From assembly GCF_006345805.1 (NCBI RefSeq), contig NC_043001.1, positions 1,178,001 to 1,242,000 of the forward strand: 64,000 bases of DNA, given 5' to 3'. Of the stretch, positions 61,766 through 64,000 are shown piece after piece. The translations under genes were made by a program, and so were the position numbers. The first letter of the stretch is position 1. The number at the start of each line of letters is the position of its first letter. Source of the stretch: Octopus sinensis (lineage: Eukaryota). The notes beneath the pieces are model-generated. The model was not told the DNA's origin. It ran no database searches and was given only the letters and a program-made list of their open reading frames with translations.

Positions 61766-62655
61766 TATCATACCTTTAATTGCTCTATGATGATAATGTT
61801 GAAATACATATGTACATAAATGCAGATACATATAGACAGGTACACTCACATTTGTCCATATATGTATGTATGTATGATACACATGCATATGCCTGCACAC
61901 ATAGAAACCTGTATATATATATGTATGTAGTATGTATGTATGTATGTATGTATGTATGTATGTATGTATGTATGTATGTGAAATGTAAAACTAGCTCCTC
62001 TGGTTCTAAGAATATTCCCTATTAATCTCTCACAGGACTCAAATGTCTTCTTCTTCAATATTTAACTGAAGAATTCAGAGAATAATAAAAAGAAAAACTA
62101 AATCTAAAAATCTAGAATTAAAAAAAAATAAAATAAAATAAAGTATAAAATAAGAAGAAAACTAACTAAATAGGCTAAAAATCACTCTTGCAAAAAAAAA
62201 AAAAAACCACCTTGAGATTCCGATAGTGAATGGGAATTGATTTCAAATGTACTTCAGTAATATCAGATTTAAACATTACATTCTTCTCAACATGCCTTTA
62301 ACACCCACTACCACTTCCCATTTATATGTGTGTGTGTATTATATGTATATATCTATATCTACATATCAATCTATCTATCTATCTATATATATATACCAAA
62401 TATGTGTTAGCCTTACAGTAAAAACATAGATGCATAAATTGACACATATATGCATGTACATTGAAGCACACACACACACACACACATATGTATATGTGTG
62501 TGTGTATATATACATATATGTACACACACACACACAAATATACGAGGGTGCTATGCATACATATACGCATAAATACAGAAGCATACATAAACACATGTCT
62601 ATATATATACGTATGCCACATATATGTATGCATATGCATGCACACACAGATATAT

Positions 62656-63627
62656 CATCATCATCATCATCATCATTTAGCGTCCGTTTTCCATGCTAGC
62701 ATGGGTTGGACGGTTCAACTGGGGTCTGGGGAGCCCGAAGGCTGCACCAAGGCCAGTCAGATCTGGCAGTGTTTCTACAGCTGGATGCCCTTCCTAACGC
62801 CAACCACTCCGAGAGTGTAGTGGGTGATTTTATGTGCCACCGACAAGGTTCCAGACGAGGCTGGCAGACGGCCACAAACGGATGGTGTTTTTATGTGCCA
62901 CCGACACAGGTTCAGACGAGGCTGGCAGACGGCCACGCTCGGATGGTGTGTTTTTATGTGCCACAGCACAGGTGCCAGATGAGCTGGCGGAAGGCACGAT
63001 CGGAGATGTTTGTTGCGTGCCACAGCACGGGGCCGTCGATGCGGTACTGGCTACGGCCCAGTTCGGATGGTTTTCTTGTGTGCCACCGGTACTGGAACCA
63101 CAAAGATACAAATTCCTGATGTTCATCTATTTGATTTGGTTGATTTTCACTTGCCTCAACAGGTCTTCACAAGGGTCACACACTTGCCTCAACAGGTCTC
63201 CACAAGTGTCACACACTGCCTCTGCCTCAAACAGGTCTTCACAAGTGTCACACACTTGCCTCAACAGGTCTTCACAAGTGTCATAAGAGGGAAGGTATGC
63301 ACAGGTGGACTGACTACGTCGCCGGGTCTTCGGATTGTGTCTTTATGTGCCACCGACACAGGTGCCAGATGAGGCTGGCGAACGGCCACGATCGGATGGT
63401 GTTTGTTGTGCCCACAGCACGGAGGCCAGTCGATGCGGTACTGGCTACGGCCACGTTTGGGTGGTTTTCTTGTGTGCCACCGGCACTGGTACCACAAAGA
63501 ATACAATTCCACTGATGTTCATTTATTTTGATTTGTTTTGATTTGATTTTCACTTGCCTCAACAGGTCTTCATAAGTGTCACAAGAAGGAAGGTATGCAC
63601 AGGAGGACTGACTACGTCCCAGGTAGG
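62656..63627 (-). mobile_element. RTE 3' UTR with internal tandem expansions
   Basis: Standard tail at 62656-62830, ~60-bp ATGTGCCACC units, a 33-bp unit x4 (63148-63283), and a block duplication 62951-63325 ~ 63341-63627. Confidence 0.88.
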
Positions 63628-63764
63628 GGCCACACACACACACATATGTATATACGAGTGTCTGCACCTGAGATATTGCTTCGTGGCACTCTCTTACATG
63701 GGAGACTAATGACTAGCTCTGTGTCTGCTTCAACATTCAGAGGAAATATGCATTTGTCAAGTCA

Positions 63765-63950
63765 TCGTCATCATCATTTAATGCCCATTTTCTGGCATGG
63801 GTTGGACGGTTTTACAGGGGCTGGTTAGGCCAGGAGTCACATCAGATTCTAGTTGTCTGTTTTGACATGGTTTCTACAGGTGGATGCCTTCGTAATGCCA
63901 ACCACGTTACAGAATGTTCTGGGTGCTTTTTATGTGGCACCAGCACCAGT
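63765..63950 (-). mobile_element. Older RTE-related 3' tail
   Basis: CATCATTTAATGCCCATTTTCTGGCATGGGTTGGACGG...GGTGCTTTTTATGTGGCACC. Confidence 0.7.
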
Positions 63951-63956
63951 CATCAA

Positions 63957-64000
<44 letters not shown>

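Overview
Eukaryotic, AT-rich, repeat-dense DNA. The repeat set (tRNA-headed SINEs with CORE-like and Deu/Nin-like domains, an RTE LINE whose 3' end is ...GGACGTTAAATGATGATG, and heavy (TA)n/(CA)n/(ATT)n microsatellite load) points to an Octopus genome; this is pattern recognition, not a database result. I recognise no host protein-coding exon, rRNA, intact tRNA or CRISPR array, so the window reads as intron or intergenic sequence. Every recognisable coding remnant is transposon-derived: RTE ORF2 pieces, R4/Dong-type restriction-like endonuclease ends, two Tc1/mariner transposase relics and one Penelope-like (PLE) RT fragment. Two things stand out. (1) At least six loci carry minimal type I hammerhead ribozyme (HHR) motifs of the PLE kind (CUGANGA-stem II-GAAA-palindromic stem III-UH): 10.6, 11.0-11.4, 12.9, 25.1, 52.5 and 56.4 kb. 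One set (25.1 kb) shows compensatory base changes in stem II. Several sit in DNA palindromes, and three palindromes (10.73, 12.14, 56.37 kb) are centred on a stem III-like sequence, suggesting fold-back priming at the ribozyme. (2) A ~2.45-kb, ~58-copy 42-bp minisatellite (46.9-49.35 kb) with higher-order structure is derived from the last codons of RTE ORF2 and sits between two RTE 3' ends. It produces the 801-aa and 633-aa ORFs, which I do not call genes. Repeat boundaries are by eye and approximate unless motif positions are quoted.
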